Positions 18,711 to 25,662 of a stretch of DNA of 64,000 nt are shown here, piece by piece. Both the position numbers and the translations under genes were made by a program. The DNA is from a virus. The stretch lies in IMG/VR virus record IMGVR_UViG_3300036831_000148, positions 32,001-96,000 of that record, one strand, 5' to 3'. A model generated the notes under the pieces. It was given only the letters and a program-made list of their open reading frames with translations, was not told the DNA's origin and made no database searches. The first letter of the stretch is position 1, and the number at the start of each line of letters is the position of its first letter.

Positions 18711-18929
18711 TTAGCCGCCCTCCACAATCTCCCTGACCGAGGTCCGGGACCGGCCGGGCACCTGGATGCCGGACACCTCGCCGTCCGCCGCGGCGAACGT
18801 GAGGTGCACGGTCGTGCCCCTGAACTTCAGGGTGCACCCCACCGCCTCCGGGTGCACGCGGACCGTCAGGTCCACGTTGACGTCGCCCACTCCTACTGCG
18901 GCGGCGCCGCGGTTGCTCGTGCTGGCCAT
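18711..18929 (-). CDS. hypothetical protein
   Basis: 72 aa, TGATG coupling, SD GGAGG. Confidence 0.55.
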   Translation of the reverse strand: MASTSNRGAAAVGVGDVNVDLTVRVHPEAVGCTLKFRGTTVHLTFAAADGEVSGIQVPGRSRTSVREIVEGG

Positions 18930-19018
18930 CAGGTTGCCTCCTCCACCGTGACCGTGACCGACGCCTCAGCAGTGTTGCCTGCGGCGTCGGTCGCGGTGGC
19001 GGTAATGACCAGGTCCAC
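18929..19018 (-). CDS. 29-aa peptide duplicating part of the upstream Ig-like protein
   Basis: MDLVITATATDAAGNTAEASVTVTVEEAT; TAGTG and TGATG overlaps. Confidence 0.5.
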   Translation of the reverse strand: MDLVITATATDAAGNTAEASVTVTVEEAT

Positions 19019-19347
19019 TAGCTGGGCGGCGTCACGGTCGTGGTGAGGACCGCCGTGCCGGTGCCGTTGGACAGGGTGTTGGACTGCTCGGTGTAGGTGT
19101 CGCCGAAGGAGTCGCTCGCGGCGACGTCCATGGACTCGCTGGCCTGCTCCACCACGGTCACGTTCACCGAGGCCGCAGCCGTGTTGCCGTCGGCGTCGGT
19201 CGCGGTGGCGGAGATGACCAGGGAGACCGGGTTGGACGCGCTGTCGGCGTAGGCCGCCGTCAGGGTCAGCGTCTGGCCGGCCGTGTAGCTGTCAGCGTCA
19301 GTGGTCAGGGTCAGCGTCGGCGTGCCGGGGGCAGGGGGCGTGGTCAT
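19018..19347 (-). CDS. Ig-like beta-rich protein
   Basis: 109 aa T-rich, ISATATDADGNTAAASVNVTV; SD AGGAG and CGATTA box upstream. Confidence 0.7.
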   Translation of the reverse strand: MTTPPAPGTPTLTLTTDADSYTAGQTLTLTAAYADSASNPVSLVISATATDADGNTAAASVNVTVVEQASESMDVAASDSFGDTYTEQSNTLSNGTGTAVLTTTVTPPS

Positions 19348-19419
19348 GGGGTTCCTCTCCTGGAAAACCTGGGTCCCCACGCTAATCGCCACCAGCCCGC
19401 CGTGTCCGGCGAACGCGAG

Positions 19420-19493
19420 AGCCTCCACCCGGAGCCGAACCGGGGACCTCGCCCGTACCAAGGGCGTGCTCGTTCCAACTGAGCTATAGAGGC
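19420..19493 (-). tRNA. tRNA-Thr(GGT)
   Basis: loop TTGGTAC. Confidence 0.85.
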
Positions 19494-19535
19494 ATGCCAG
19501 GAACGCGCCTTCACGCGACAGGTGACTAATGAAGG

Positions 19536-19608
19536 CTCCGGGGGCCGGGCTCGAACCGGCGTGCCCTTGGTCCAAAGCCAAGGCGGGATGCCGTCAACCC
19601 ACCCCGGA
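19536..19608 (-). tRNA. tRNA-Gln(TTG)
   Basis: loop CTTTGGA, U1-A72, G73. Confidence 0.8.
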
Positions 19609-19613
19609 CCGAG

Positions 19614-19686
19614 CTGGGCGACAGGGACTTGAACCCTGACCCGCGGGACCATAACCCGCTGCTCTGCCGTTTTGAGCTAGCGCCCA
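19614..19686 (-). tRNA. tRNA with ATG (His) anticodon on a Gln-like body
   Basis: GCGGG-TTATGGT-CCCGC; TGGG acceptor with U1-A72, G73. Confidence 0.75.
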
Positions 19687-19689
19687 CTG

Positions 19690-19762
19690 AGCCGGTTACC
19701 GGACTCGAACCGGTCGCCCGCAGCTTACAAGGCTGCTGCTCTGCCAGGTGAGCTAAACCGGC
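19690..19762 (-). tRNA. tRNA-Thr(TGT)
   Basis: loop CTTGTAA. Confidence 0.9.
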
Positions 19763-19766
19763 AAGG

Positions 19767-19852
19767 TGTCCGGGGCGGGACTTGAACCCGCAGCGCCCGT
19801 AGCGGGCACCAGCACCTCAAGCTGGCGCGTCTGCCTATTCCGCCACCCGGAC
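19767..19852 (-). tRNA. tRNA-Leu(GAG)
   Basis: loop TTGAGGT, long V-arm. Confidence 0.9.
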
Positions 19853-19982
19853 AAAAGCGGGAGACCCGGTGACCGGACCCCGGCGCGCACCGGGGCGGCT
19901 GCCCTCGCTCCACCTGCGTGACCGCCTTGCGCGAGGCGGCTTCCGGTGGCGAGTCACCTGGGGATGCTGCACGTCTCCCTAG

Positions 19983-20050
19983 AGCCGCTGCCCGGTGCCG
20001 ACCCGGGTCGCCCGCCGTACGAAGGCGGGGCCGCAGCCGTGCGCGGCGGC
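19983..20050 (-). tRNA. compact tRNA-Thr(CGT)
   Basis: 68 nt, minimal D-arm, loop TTCGTAC, T-loop GTCGGCA. Confidence 0.65.
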
Positions 20051-20109
20051 AGGCCTCCGGGCGTTTGCCCCCGCGCAAGCGCTTACGGGGGTTATAGGCA
20101 CCGGAGGTT

Positions 20110-20187
20110 GCGGTTGCTCTGGGCCACTGAGCTACCGGACGCCCCTTCCAGGGAGACCGGGCGGGATTCGGACCCGCGACCTTCCGC
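20110..20187 (-). ncRNA. permuted anticodon-less tRNA-like module 1
   Basis: order: GCGG stem, V loop, T arm, looped acceptor, TAGCTC..GAGC D arm, CCGC. Confidence 0.65.
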
Positions 20188-20189
20188 TG

Positions 20190-20261
20190 CTGGAGTACCT
20201 GGACTCGAACCAAGACCGGCGGGTCCAGGGCCCGTCGCGCTGCCAATTACGCCATACTCCA
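20190..20261 (-). tRNA. tRNA-Gln(CTG)
   Basis: loop CCCTGGA (C33), U1-A72. Confidence 0.85.
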
Positions 20262-20360
20262 AGGCGGGAGGGCTCTTTGCTGACCCTCCGACTAACGGCC
20301 TTGCTCCCCGGCTCCCGGGGGACCGGACAGGGATTTGCAGGACGGCCCTGTCAGCCGTTG

Positions 20361-20436
20361 TAGGCGAGACGGGAATCGAACCCGCAAGAAGACGCGGGTT
20401 TTGAAGCCGCCGCATATGCCGTTCTGCTACTCGCCC
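20361..20436 (-). tRNA. tRNA-Leu(CAA) with short variable arm
   Basis: loop TTCAAAA, A73, 8-nt variable region. Confidence 0.7.
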
Positions 20437-20440
20437 GAAG

Positions 20441-20512
20441 TACCCCGCCAGGGACTCGAACCCTGACCTCACGGATTAAGAGTCCGCTGCTCTGCCATTG
20501 AGCTAACGAGGC
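20441..20512 (-). tRNA. tRNA-Lys(CTT)
   Basis: loop CTCTTAA. Confidence 0.9.
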
Positions 20513-20518
20513 TTGAAG

Positions 20519-20683
20519 CCCGGTGCCCAGCCCGCTCCCCCTGCCGTCCGGACTCGAACCGGGAGGTGCGCACCCTTGCTGGTAACCACTCGCCTGAGAC
20601 CGGGCCGCAGCCCCGCTGGCGGCCGCCAGCGGAGAGCAGGCCGGCCCCGTGCCAGCAGCAGAGGGGGCGGGCTGGGAACCGGG
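20519..20683 (-). ncRNA. long rod-like RNA carrying a tRNA T-arm
   Basis: ~25-bp terminal stem and CCGG-TTCGAGT-CCGG arm near 3' end. Confidence 0.5.
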
Positions 20684-20780
20684 AAGAACAACCCGGACCT
20701 GTTCCGGCCTCACGGCACTTATGCGAGGTGCCGTAGTCTTTTGGCCAGCCGGTTTCCGGGGGCGGTATGCATCCCGCCAG

Positions 20781-20853
20781 AGCCCCACCGGGGAATTGAA
20801 CCCCGCTAACCAGCTTGGAAGGCTGGCACATCGCCACTGAATGCTTGTAGGGC
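20781..20853 (-). tRNA. tRNA-Gly(TCC)
   Basis: loop CTTCCAA, U73. Confidence 0.85.
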
Positions 20854-21264
20854 AAGATCTACTTCCGGCCATAGCTCTCGAATGCGTGCGCGCCGGCGCG
20901 CACCAAGCCAGGGCCACACTTTCAAGGTCAGCCACTCACGGTGAGGCCGAGCCGCAACCTGCCAAATCCAGGCCGTCTTATAGCCACGAACGCTCTCCTC
21001 GCGGGTGATGCGGCCGACACCAGTCACGCTGAACAATCGCTCAACGATGTCCTCGTCCGTCATTCGAACAGCTACTACCCACCGCCCCTGTCGGTTCGGA
21101 CCACCCGTCCAGCAGCCCTCACCCTCCAAGATGCCTGCAATCCAGGCAACCTCGGGAGCAGTGACCGCCTCACGGGGGCTGCCGATGTCGGTGTAACGGC
21201 ACTTTCGGCACCGTTCCGCCGTATACCTCTTACGAGTGCCACAAGCACAAAGGTTGTACCCCAT
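20806..21264 (-). CDS. LAGLIDADG-family homing endonuclease with N-terminal Cys motif
   Basis: AWIAGILEGEGC...VRMTDEDIV.RL...TGVG; lower GC; overlaps tRNA-Gly. Confidence 0.75.
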   Translation of the reverse strand: MGYNLCACGTRKRYTAERCRKCRYTDIGSPREAVTAPEVAWIAGILEGEGCWTGGPNRQGRWVVAVRMTDEDIVERLFSVTGVGRITREESVRGYKTAWIWQVAARPHREWLTLKVWPWLGARRRARIRELWPEVDLALQAFSGDVPAFQAG

Positions 21265-21282
21265 ACCTGTGTTACGTGCAGG

Positions 21283-21355
21283 TGGTCACGGGGGCGCCCG
21301 AATCCCCGGCATGCTGCTTTTCAGGCAGCCGCTCTACCATCTGAGCTACGCGACC
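21283..21355 (-). tRNA. tRNA-Phe(GAA)
   Basis: loop CTGAAAA, imperfect T arm. Confidence 0.8.
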
Positions 21356-21475
21356 GTGGATGACAGCGCACCCAGCCCGCCCGGGGAACCCGGTACCCCG
21401 GCACGAACTCGGGACAGGCGTCCCTGCTTCGGCCGACCACCGGGTTATGCCGGCTCCTGCCTAGGCGCTGCCAAG

Positions 21476-21546
21476 TCGGGATACAGGGAGTCGAACCCCG
21501 GCTGACTGGCCCCAGACCAGGCGCGCTTCCGTTACGCAATATCCCG
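21476..21546 (-). tRNA. tRNA-Pro(TGG)
   Basis: C1-G72, A73, loop TCTGGGG (C33). Confidence 0.8.
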
Positions 21547-21548
21547 TC

Positions 21549-21615
21549 ACAGGCGTTCAGACCGCTGAACTACCAGGCCGAAGCCCTCGCCCGGAGTTGA
21601 ACCGGGATTTCCTGC
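21549..21615 (-). ncRNA. permuted anticodon-less tRNA-like module 2
   Basis: GCAGG-AAAT-CCCGG TTCAACT CCGGG-acceptor closed by cTTCGg-TA-GTTC AGCGGTCT GAAC-G-CCTGT. Confidence 0.75.
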
Positions 21616-21620
21616 TTGCG

Positions 21621-21696
21621 TCGGGCTGGGCGGATTCGAACCGCCGTCCTCCCGGCCCCCAGCCGGGCGCGCTGAGCCAAACTGCGCTACAGCCCG
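21621..21696 (-). tRNA. tRNA-Pro(GGG)
   Basis: loop CTGGGGG. Confidence 0.9.
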
Positions 21697-21818
21697 ATGT
21701 TTCGCGCGGGGTACCATCTCCCGCTCCCTGGGTCGCTAACCACTACCAGCCAGTGCCGTACGCTCACCAGCTGGCCCGGCCCGTCCGGCATGCGCCGTCA
21801 GGACCCCAGGCCCTTACG

Positions 21819-21893
21819 TCGGGGTGGGGAGATTCGAACTCCCGACCTCTACGTCCCGAACGTAGCGCGCTAGCCAAGCTGCGCCACACCCCG
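21819..21893 (-). tRNA. tRNA-Pro(CGG)
   Basis: loop TTCGGGA. Confidence 0.9.
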
Positions 21894-22005
21894 ATGGAGC
21901 CGCATGTTTTACCCAGTCCGGGCGGTTGGAGGCCCGCCGGCTCGTCAGGTTACCTTTTGCCCGGTGATCAACTCCGGAATAGGATGCCTTGCCTGGCATG
22001 CGACG

Positions 22006-22079
22006 TGGAGCTTGCGGGAATCGAACCCGCGGCCTCTGCATTGCGAGTGCAGCGCACTACCAAGCTGTGCTAAAGCCCC
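22006..22079 (-). tRNA. tRNA-Ala(CGC)
   Basis: G3:U70, loop CTCGCAA. Confidence 0.9.
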
Positions 22080-22083
22080 AGAT

Positions 22084-22219
22084 GCGGCGCTCTGCCATTG
22101 AGCTACCCGGATCAGTCAGCAGGCCGGCTGCCGGGGCGTTCCGCTACGCGTACTAGCCCGGCGCTCGGCGCCCGCTGCCTTCGCATCTCCGGGACGGGGG
22201 TCGAACCCGCGTCTCCCGC
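22084..22219 (-). ncRNA. permuted anticodon-less tRNA-like module 3 with extended acceptor hairpin
   Basis: T arm GCGGG TTCGACC CCCGT first, CCCGGA/TCCGGG stem enclosing ~75 nt, then TAGCTCAATGGCAGAGC. Confidence 0.7.
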
Positions 22220-22221
22220 CG

Positions 22222-22294
22222 TGGAGCCTAGGGGAGTCGAACCCCTGACCTTTTGCATGCCATGCAAACGCGCTACCTGCTGCGCCAAGGCCCC
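22222..22294 (-). tRNA. tRNA-Ala(GGC)
   Basis: G3:U70, loop ATGGCAT. Confidence 0.9.
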
Positions 22295-22483
22295 AGGGCG
22301 CGACAGCGGGACCGCGGTGTGAACACGGTCCCGCTGCCACGTCAGACCCCGCCGCCCGCCGAAGCGGGCAACGGGAGAACTCGCGGCGGGCTGGCAACCC
22401 GCCGCCTTACGATGCTCACGCTGTGGAGATGTCAAGGTTCGTTGACATTCACCCGCTCGGGCTCTCGCCGTCGCCGGTGGTCG

Positions 22484-22555
22484 CAAGGACGGGAGGGGTC
22501 GAACCTCCGCCACTGGTTTTGGAGACCAGCGCTCTGCCTGTTGAGCTACGTCCCT
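22484..22555 (-). tRNA. tRNA-Trp(CCA)
   Basis: loop CTCCAAA, G73; first tRNA of the array. Confidence 0.9.
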
Positions 22556-22558
22556 ATG

Positions 22559-22599
22559 AAACTGAAAAACCGCCCTGTCCGGAGCTTCCGGGGGCGGTT
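22559..22599 (-). terminator. attenuator terminator immediately before the first tRNA
   Basis: AACCGCCC-CCGGA AGC TCCGG-ACA-GGGCGGTT followed by TTTCAGTTT. Confidence 0.8.
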
Positions 22600-22620
22600 C
22601 CTGCTGGTCAGGACTAGTCC

Positions 22621-22731
22621 TTAGCCAGGAACCACCTCGCCGGGGATGAAGTTGTGCTCAGGCAGGAGCATGCTTGCGCACGGGCTGGCGTACCACCCTC
22701 GCGACTGCTGCTTTGACTGCCTGGCCATCAT
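22621..22731 (-). CDS. putative attenuator leader peptide
   Basis: MMARQSKQQSRGWYASPCASMLLPEHNFIPGEVVPG; SD AGGGAG; last codons overlap the antiterminator strand. Confidence 0.7.
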   Translation of the reverse strand: MMARQSKQQSRGWYASPCASMLLPEHNFIPGEVVPG

Positions 22732-22774
22732 GCTCCCTAACGTATCCGCTGCGGCCCGCCCGGGCCACTCTTTA

Positions 22775-22803
22775 AAGGTACTACCTTGCTTGACTGTTGT
22801 CAA
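22775..22803 (-). promoter_or_regulatory. sigmaA-type promoter for leader/tRNA array with operator palindrome
   Basis: TTGACA-17-TACCTT; CTTGAC-N4-GTCAAG over the -35 box. Confidence 0.75.
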
Positions 22804-22821
22804 GCTATTTACCGGGGAAGT

Positions 22822-22852
22822 TCGCGGGACCCGGCCCTACCGGGTCCCGCGA
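22822..22852. terminator. 13-bp perfect hairpin after gntR
   Basis: TCGCGGGACCCGG/CCGGGTCCCGCGA. Confidence 0.55.
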
Positions 22853-22872
22853 CCCCTCTTCCGACAGGCACC

Positions 22873-22901
22873 ACCGTACTACCCCTCTTGACTGCTGTCA
22901 A
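22873..22901 (-). promoter_or_regulatory. second sigmaA-type promoter with operator palindrome
   Basis: TTGACA-17-TACGGT; near direct repeat of 22775-22803. Confidence 0.7.
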
Positions 22902-23364
22902 ACATACTGCCCAGCCCGCCGGAGGCCACGCCGCCGCGGTCGGCGTCCACCGCCCGGCGGACCAGCGGGTGCATGACCGCCAGGATCTCCACCGGCCCGG
23001 CCCGGCACACCCGGACTGCCGCCTGCGCGTCGGCGAACCGCCCCGCCGGCTCCCCGACCCGGGCGGCGAGCTCGGCCAGCGACCGCTCCCAGTCCGCCTC
23101 ACCCAGCCCGGCCACGTGCGCCATCAGCTTCTCGAACGGCATCGCCGGGCGGGTCACCCGGACGAAGGTACCCGCCCCCTGGCGGGCCTCGGCCAGCCCC
23201 TCGCGGACGATCACGTCCAGCGCCTTGCGGGCGGTCGCCCGGGCGACCCCGTACGACATCATCAGGTCGTTCTCGCCGGGCAGCCGGCTCCCGGGCGGGA
23301 AGGTGCCCGCGGCGATGCCGGTACGCAGGTCGGCGGCGATCAGGGGGTACCTGGGGCGCTCCAC
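22879..23364 (-). CDS. GntR-family winged-HTH regulator
   Basis: PRYPLIAADLRTGI..GTFPPGSRLPGE.DLM..YGVARATARKAL..EGL...QGAGTFV; TACGCT 7 nt upstream of GTG 23364. Confidence 0.85.
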   Translation of the reverse strand: MERPRYPLIAADLRTGIAAGTFPPGSRLPGENDLMMSYGVARATARKALDVIVREGLAEARQGAGTFVRVTRPAMPFEKLMAHVAGLGEADWERSLAELAARVGEPAGRFADAQAAVRVCRAGPVEILAVMHPLVRRAVDADRGGVASGGLGSMFDSSQEG

Positions 23365-23524
23365 GTCCGGAAGCGTACACCGGCGTTCACGGCTGTTCAC
23401 AGTCGTTCGGAACCGTGCTGCCTGGTGACAGCGGGCGGCAGGCCGTGCACACTGGAGGTGCCTTCCGGTTGCGCGGACGGGCGAGACTGATGGCGCTGGG
23501 GGAGCCGCATGCGGCGCGGCTCCC

Positions 23525-25489
23525 TCACTGCGCGTAGTCCCCGCTGACGCTGCCCCAGTCGTCCAGGTAGCTGGACCCGTACTCGAAGCCCGGCCGGTCA
23601 CCGGGCAGGAACTGGTCGGGACCGAGCATCACCAGCGTCCCCGGCATTCCCGCGGGCGAGGGGATGTCCGCCTCCGGCCCGTAGAACGAGACCTGGCCGG
23701 GATAGGCGCGCTTGCCGTTCGGGTCCTCCTGGCCCCCGGCCTCCAGCGCGCCGCAGGCCGCGCCGGCGAGGGAGTCGGCCTCGTCCTTGGACGAGTCGCC
23801 CAGGTGGTCGATCTTGCCGTTCGGCAGCCGGGACAGGCCGAGCAGCTCCACCACGGTCAGCTCCCGGGCCGGCATCTGCAGCCTGCCCTCGTACATGAGG
23901 TCGCGCAGGGTGCGCCAGCCCTCCTCCGACACGTCGGTGGAGAACCGGTCGGTCTCGATGCCGTGGCTCTCCAGGATCTGCATGCTGTCCTTGGACTGCC
24001 ACTGGTCAAAGGTGAAGCGGACCACCGGGAAACCCATCCGGCGCAGCTCCAGGCACAGCATCCGCGCCCAGCGGATCTGGATCTCCATCGGCGGCACCGC
24101 GCCGGGGCTGGACTCGTAGCTGATGGTGAAGTCCACCTTCACCACCGGGCGGCGCTCCTGGACCTGGATCTCCAGGCCGTCCTCGTCGTAGCCGGTCAGG
24201 GCGTGATCCTGCCAGCGCTTGACGTGGGCCATCGACACGCCGGCCCGGTCGCCGGTGGCCGCCAGGTCGGCGTGCATCGCGTACAGCGCGCCCTTCACCG
24301 GGAACAGCTCAGGGCTGAAGGTGTACTGCGGCTTCCAGGTGGCGCCCTCGCGCACGTAGGAGACGCTCACCGGCGGCATGACGTACTCGGTCAGGCAGTC
24401 GCGGATCGCCGCCTCGTTGGCGAAGTACGGGTTGATGGCGCGCCGCGGGCGGCACTCGTACTTGGCCTCCGCCAGCGCCGGGTCCTTCTCGTAGTCCTCG
24501 GCGAACGACTCCTTGCCCTTGATCCGCGGGTTCGCCTCCCAGGTGGCGAGCGGCCCGGACACGTAGTAGCGGCTGGCCTCGCCCTTGGCCTCGTTGTCGG
24601 CCTTGCCCTTCGCCACCAGTTGCTGGATGGTGCTGCCCAGGTAGCGCGGGTAGGAGATGTGGACGTTCTTGAACGTCTCCGGGAACCGCGTAGTGGCGCT
24701 GGTCCGGATCATGTCCAGGATCGCCTCGGCCGAACTGGAGGACTCGCGCTGCTTGGCCCCGCCTGACTTGGCGAGCTCGGCGGCCGAGCGGAACGCGTCG
24801 ATCTCGTCGGCGATCCCCAGGATCAGGTTCAGCCCCTCCTGGCTGTCGGCGTCGCTGTGCCCGGAGACCGCCTCGATGTTGTGCTCGAACCGGATGGTGT
24901 CCAGCAGCGCGGTGGTCCGCTCGCCGCGGCTGCCCCGGCGCTGCCGCTCGGCGGCGTCCAGGATGTCCACGCCCTGGCGCTGGAACCAGCAGCCGGGCCG
25001 GCCGACGGCGCGGCGCATGGGGGCGAAGAACGCGCGCTGCGCCTGCTTCGAAGATGATGCGACGTTCAGGACGTGGATCGAATCCTGCTCGGGCATCCGG
25101 TAGTAAAGCTGCGGACTCTTCAGGCACAGCAGCAGGTAGCAGACCCGCATGGCGATCATCCGGCAGGTGTGGTCCTTGCCTCCGCCCTTGCCCCACTCCA
25201 GCTCCAGGAAGTTGACCATCCTGGTCGGCTGGCTCCAGTAGTCCCGGACCTTCCGCTCGGCGCTGCCCGCCAGCAGGGCGTAGGTGTCCAGGTAGTAGAC
25301 CCGCTCGGCGTGCCGCACCGCCTCGTACTGGACGTCGCTCAGCGGCGGGTTCGCCAGGTAGGCGCGGTCCTGCACGAACACGTCAAGCGGGACCGGCTCC
25401 TCCTCGAAGATGCTGGTCCCGCTTACGGAGGTGCCAGTGCCGCCGACCGCCCCGAGCAGGGCCGCCGCGGCAGCGCCGGCTGACGCCAC
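23525..25489 (-). CDS. terL: terminase large subunit
   Basis: Walker A WGKGGGKD, Walker B IADEID, RNaseH-type HADLA/FDQWQS/KDEADS. Confidence 0.85.
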   Translation of the reverse strand: MASAGAAAAALLGAVGGTGTSVSGTSIFEEEPVPLDVFVQDRAYLANPPLSDVQYEAVRHAERVYYLDTYALLAGSAERKVRDYWSQPTRMVNFLELEWGKGGGKDHTCRMIAMRVCYLLLCLKSPQLYYRMPEQDSIHVLNVASSSKQAQRAFFAPMRRAVGRPGCWFQRQGVDILDAAERQRRGSRGERTTALLDTIRFEHNIEAVSGHSDADSQEGLNLILGIADEIDAFRSAAELAKSGGAKQRESSSSAEAILDMIRTSATTRFPETFKNVHISYPRYLGSTIQQLVAKGKADNEAKGEASRYYVSGPLATWEANPRIKGKESFAEDYEKDPALAEAKYECRPRRAINPYFANEAAIRDCLTEYVMPPVSVSYVREGATWKPQYTFSPELFPVKGALYAMHADLAATGDRAGVSMAHVKRWQDHALTGYDEDGLEIQVQERRPVVKVDFTISYESSPGAVPPMEIQIRWARMLCLELRRMGFPVVRFTFDQWQSKDSMQILESHGIETDRFSTDVSEEGWRTLRDLMYEGRLQMPARELTVVELLGLSRLPNGKIDHLGDSSKDEADSLAGAACGALEAGGQEDPNGKRAYPGQVSFYGPEADIPSPAGMPGTLVMLGPDQFLPGDRPGFEYGSSYLDDWGSVSGDYAQ

Positions 25490-25492
25490 CCG

Positions 25493-25660
25493 CTACCAGC
25501 GCCGCGCGTCCGGCCACCACAGCCGGAACGCCAGGTGCCCGGCGATGAAAAGCAGGACCACGAAGGCGATGGCGAGCAGGTGCTGGACGGAGATCGTGTT
25601 GTCCGTCCAGGCGAGTACCGCGCCGATGACGGAGACAAGGCAGGCGATGACAGCGAGCAT
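25493..25660 (-). CDS. small two-TM membrane protein
   Basis: 55 aa MLAVIACLVSVIGAVLAW...HLLAIAFVVLLFIAGHLAFRLWW; SD AGGAGG; not in ORF track. Confidence 0.65.
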   Translation of the reverse strand: MLAVIACLVSVIGAVLAWTDNTISVQHLLAIAFVVLLFIAGHLAFRLWWPDARRW

Positions 25661-25662
25661 GG

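Noticed and set aside
20361-20436. Sec or opal suppressor reading (TCA in the loop)
   Set aside because: The symmetric loop centres on CAA, and A73 and the D loop are Leu-like.
15800-22560. ORF-track proteins across the tRNA array; CRISPR-like periodicity; tmRNA
   Set aside because: The recurring words are tRNA T and D arms, not identical repeats. Most ORFs overlap tRNAs. No tmRNA tag frame or ends were recognised.
22621-22803. 60-aa version of the leader from TTG 22803
   Set aside because: That TTG is the -35 box of the proximal promoter and lacks an SD. The ATG at 22731/22728 is better supported.
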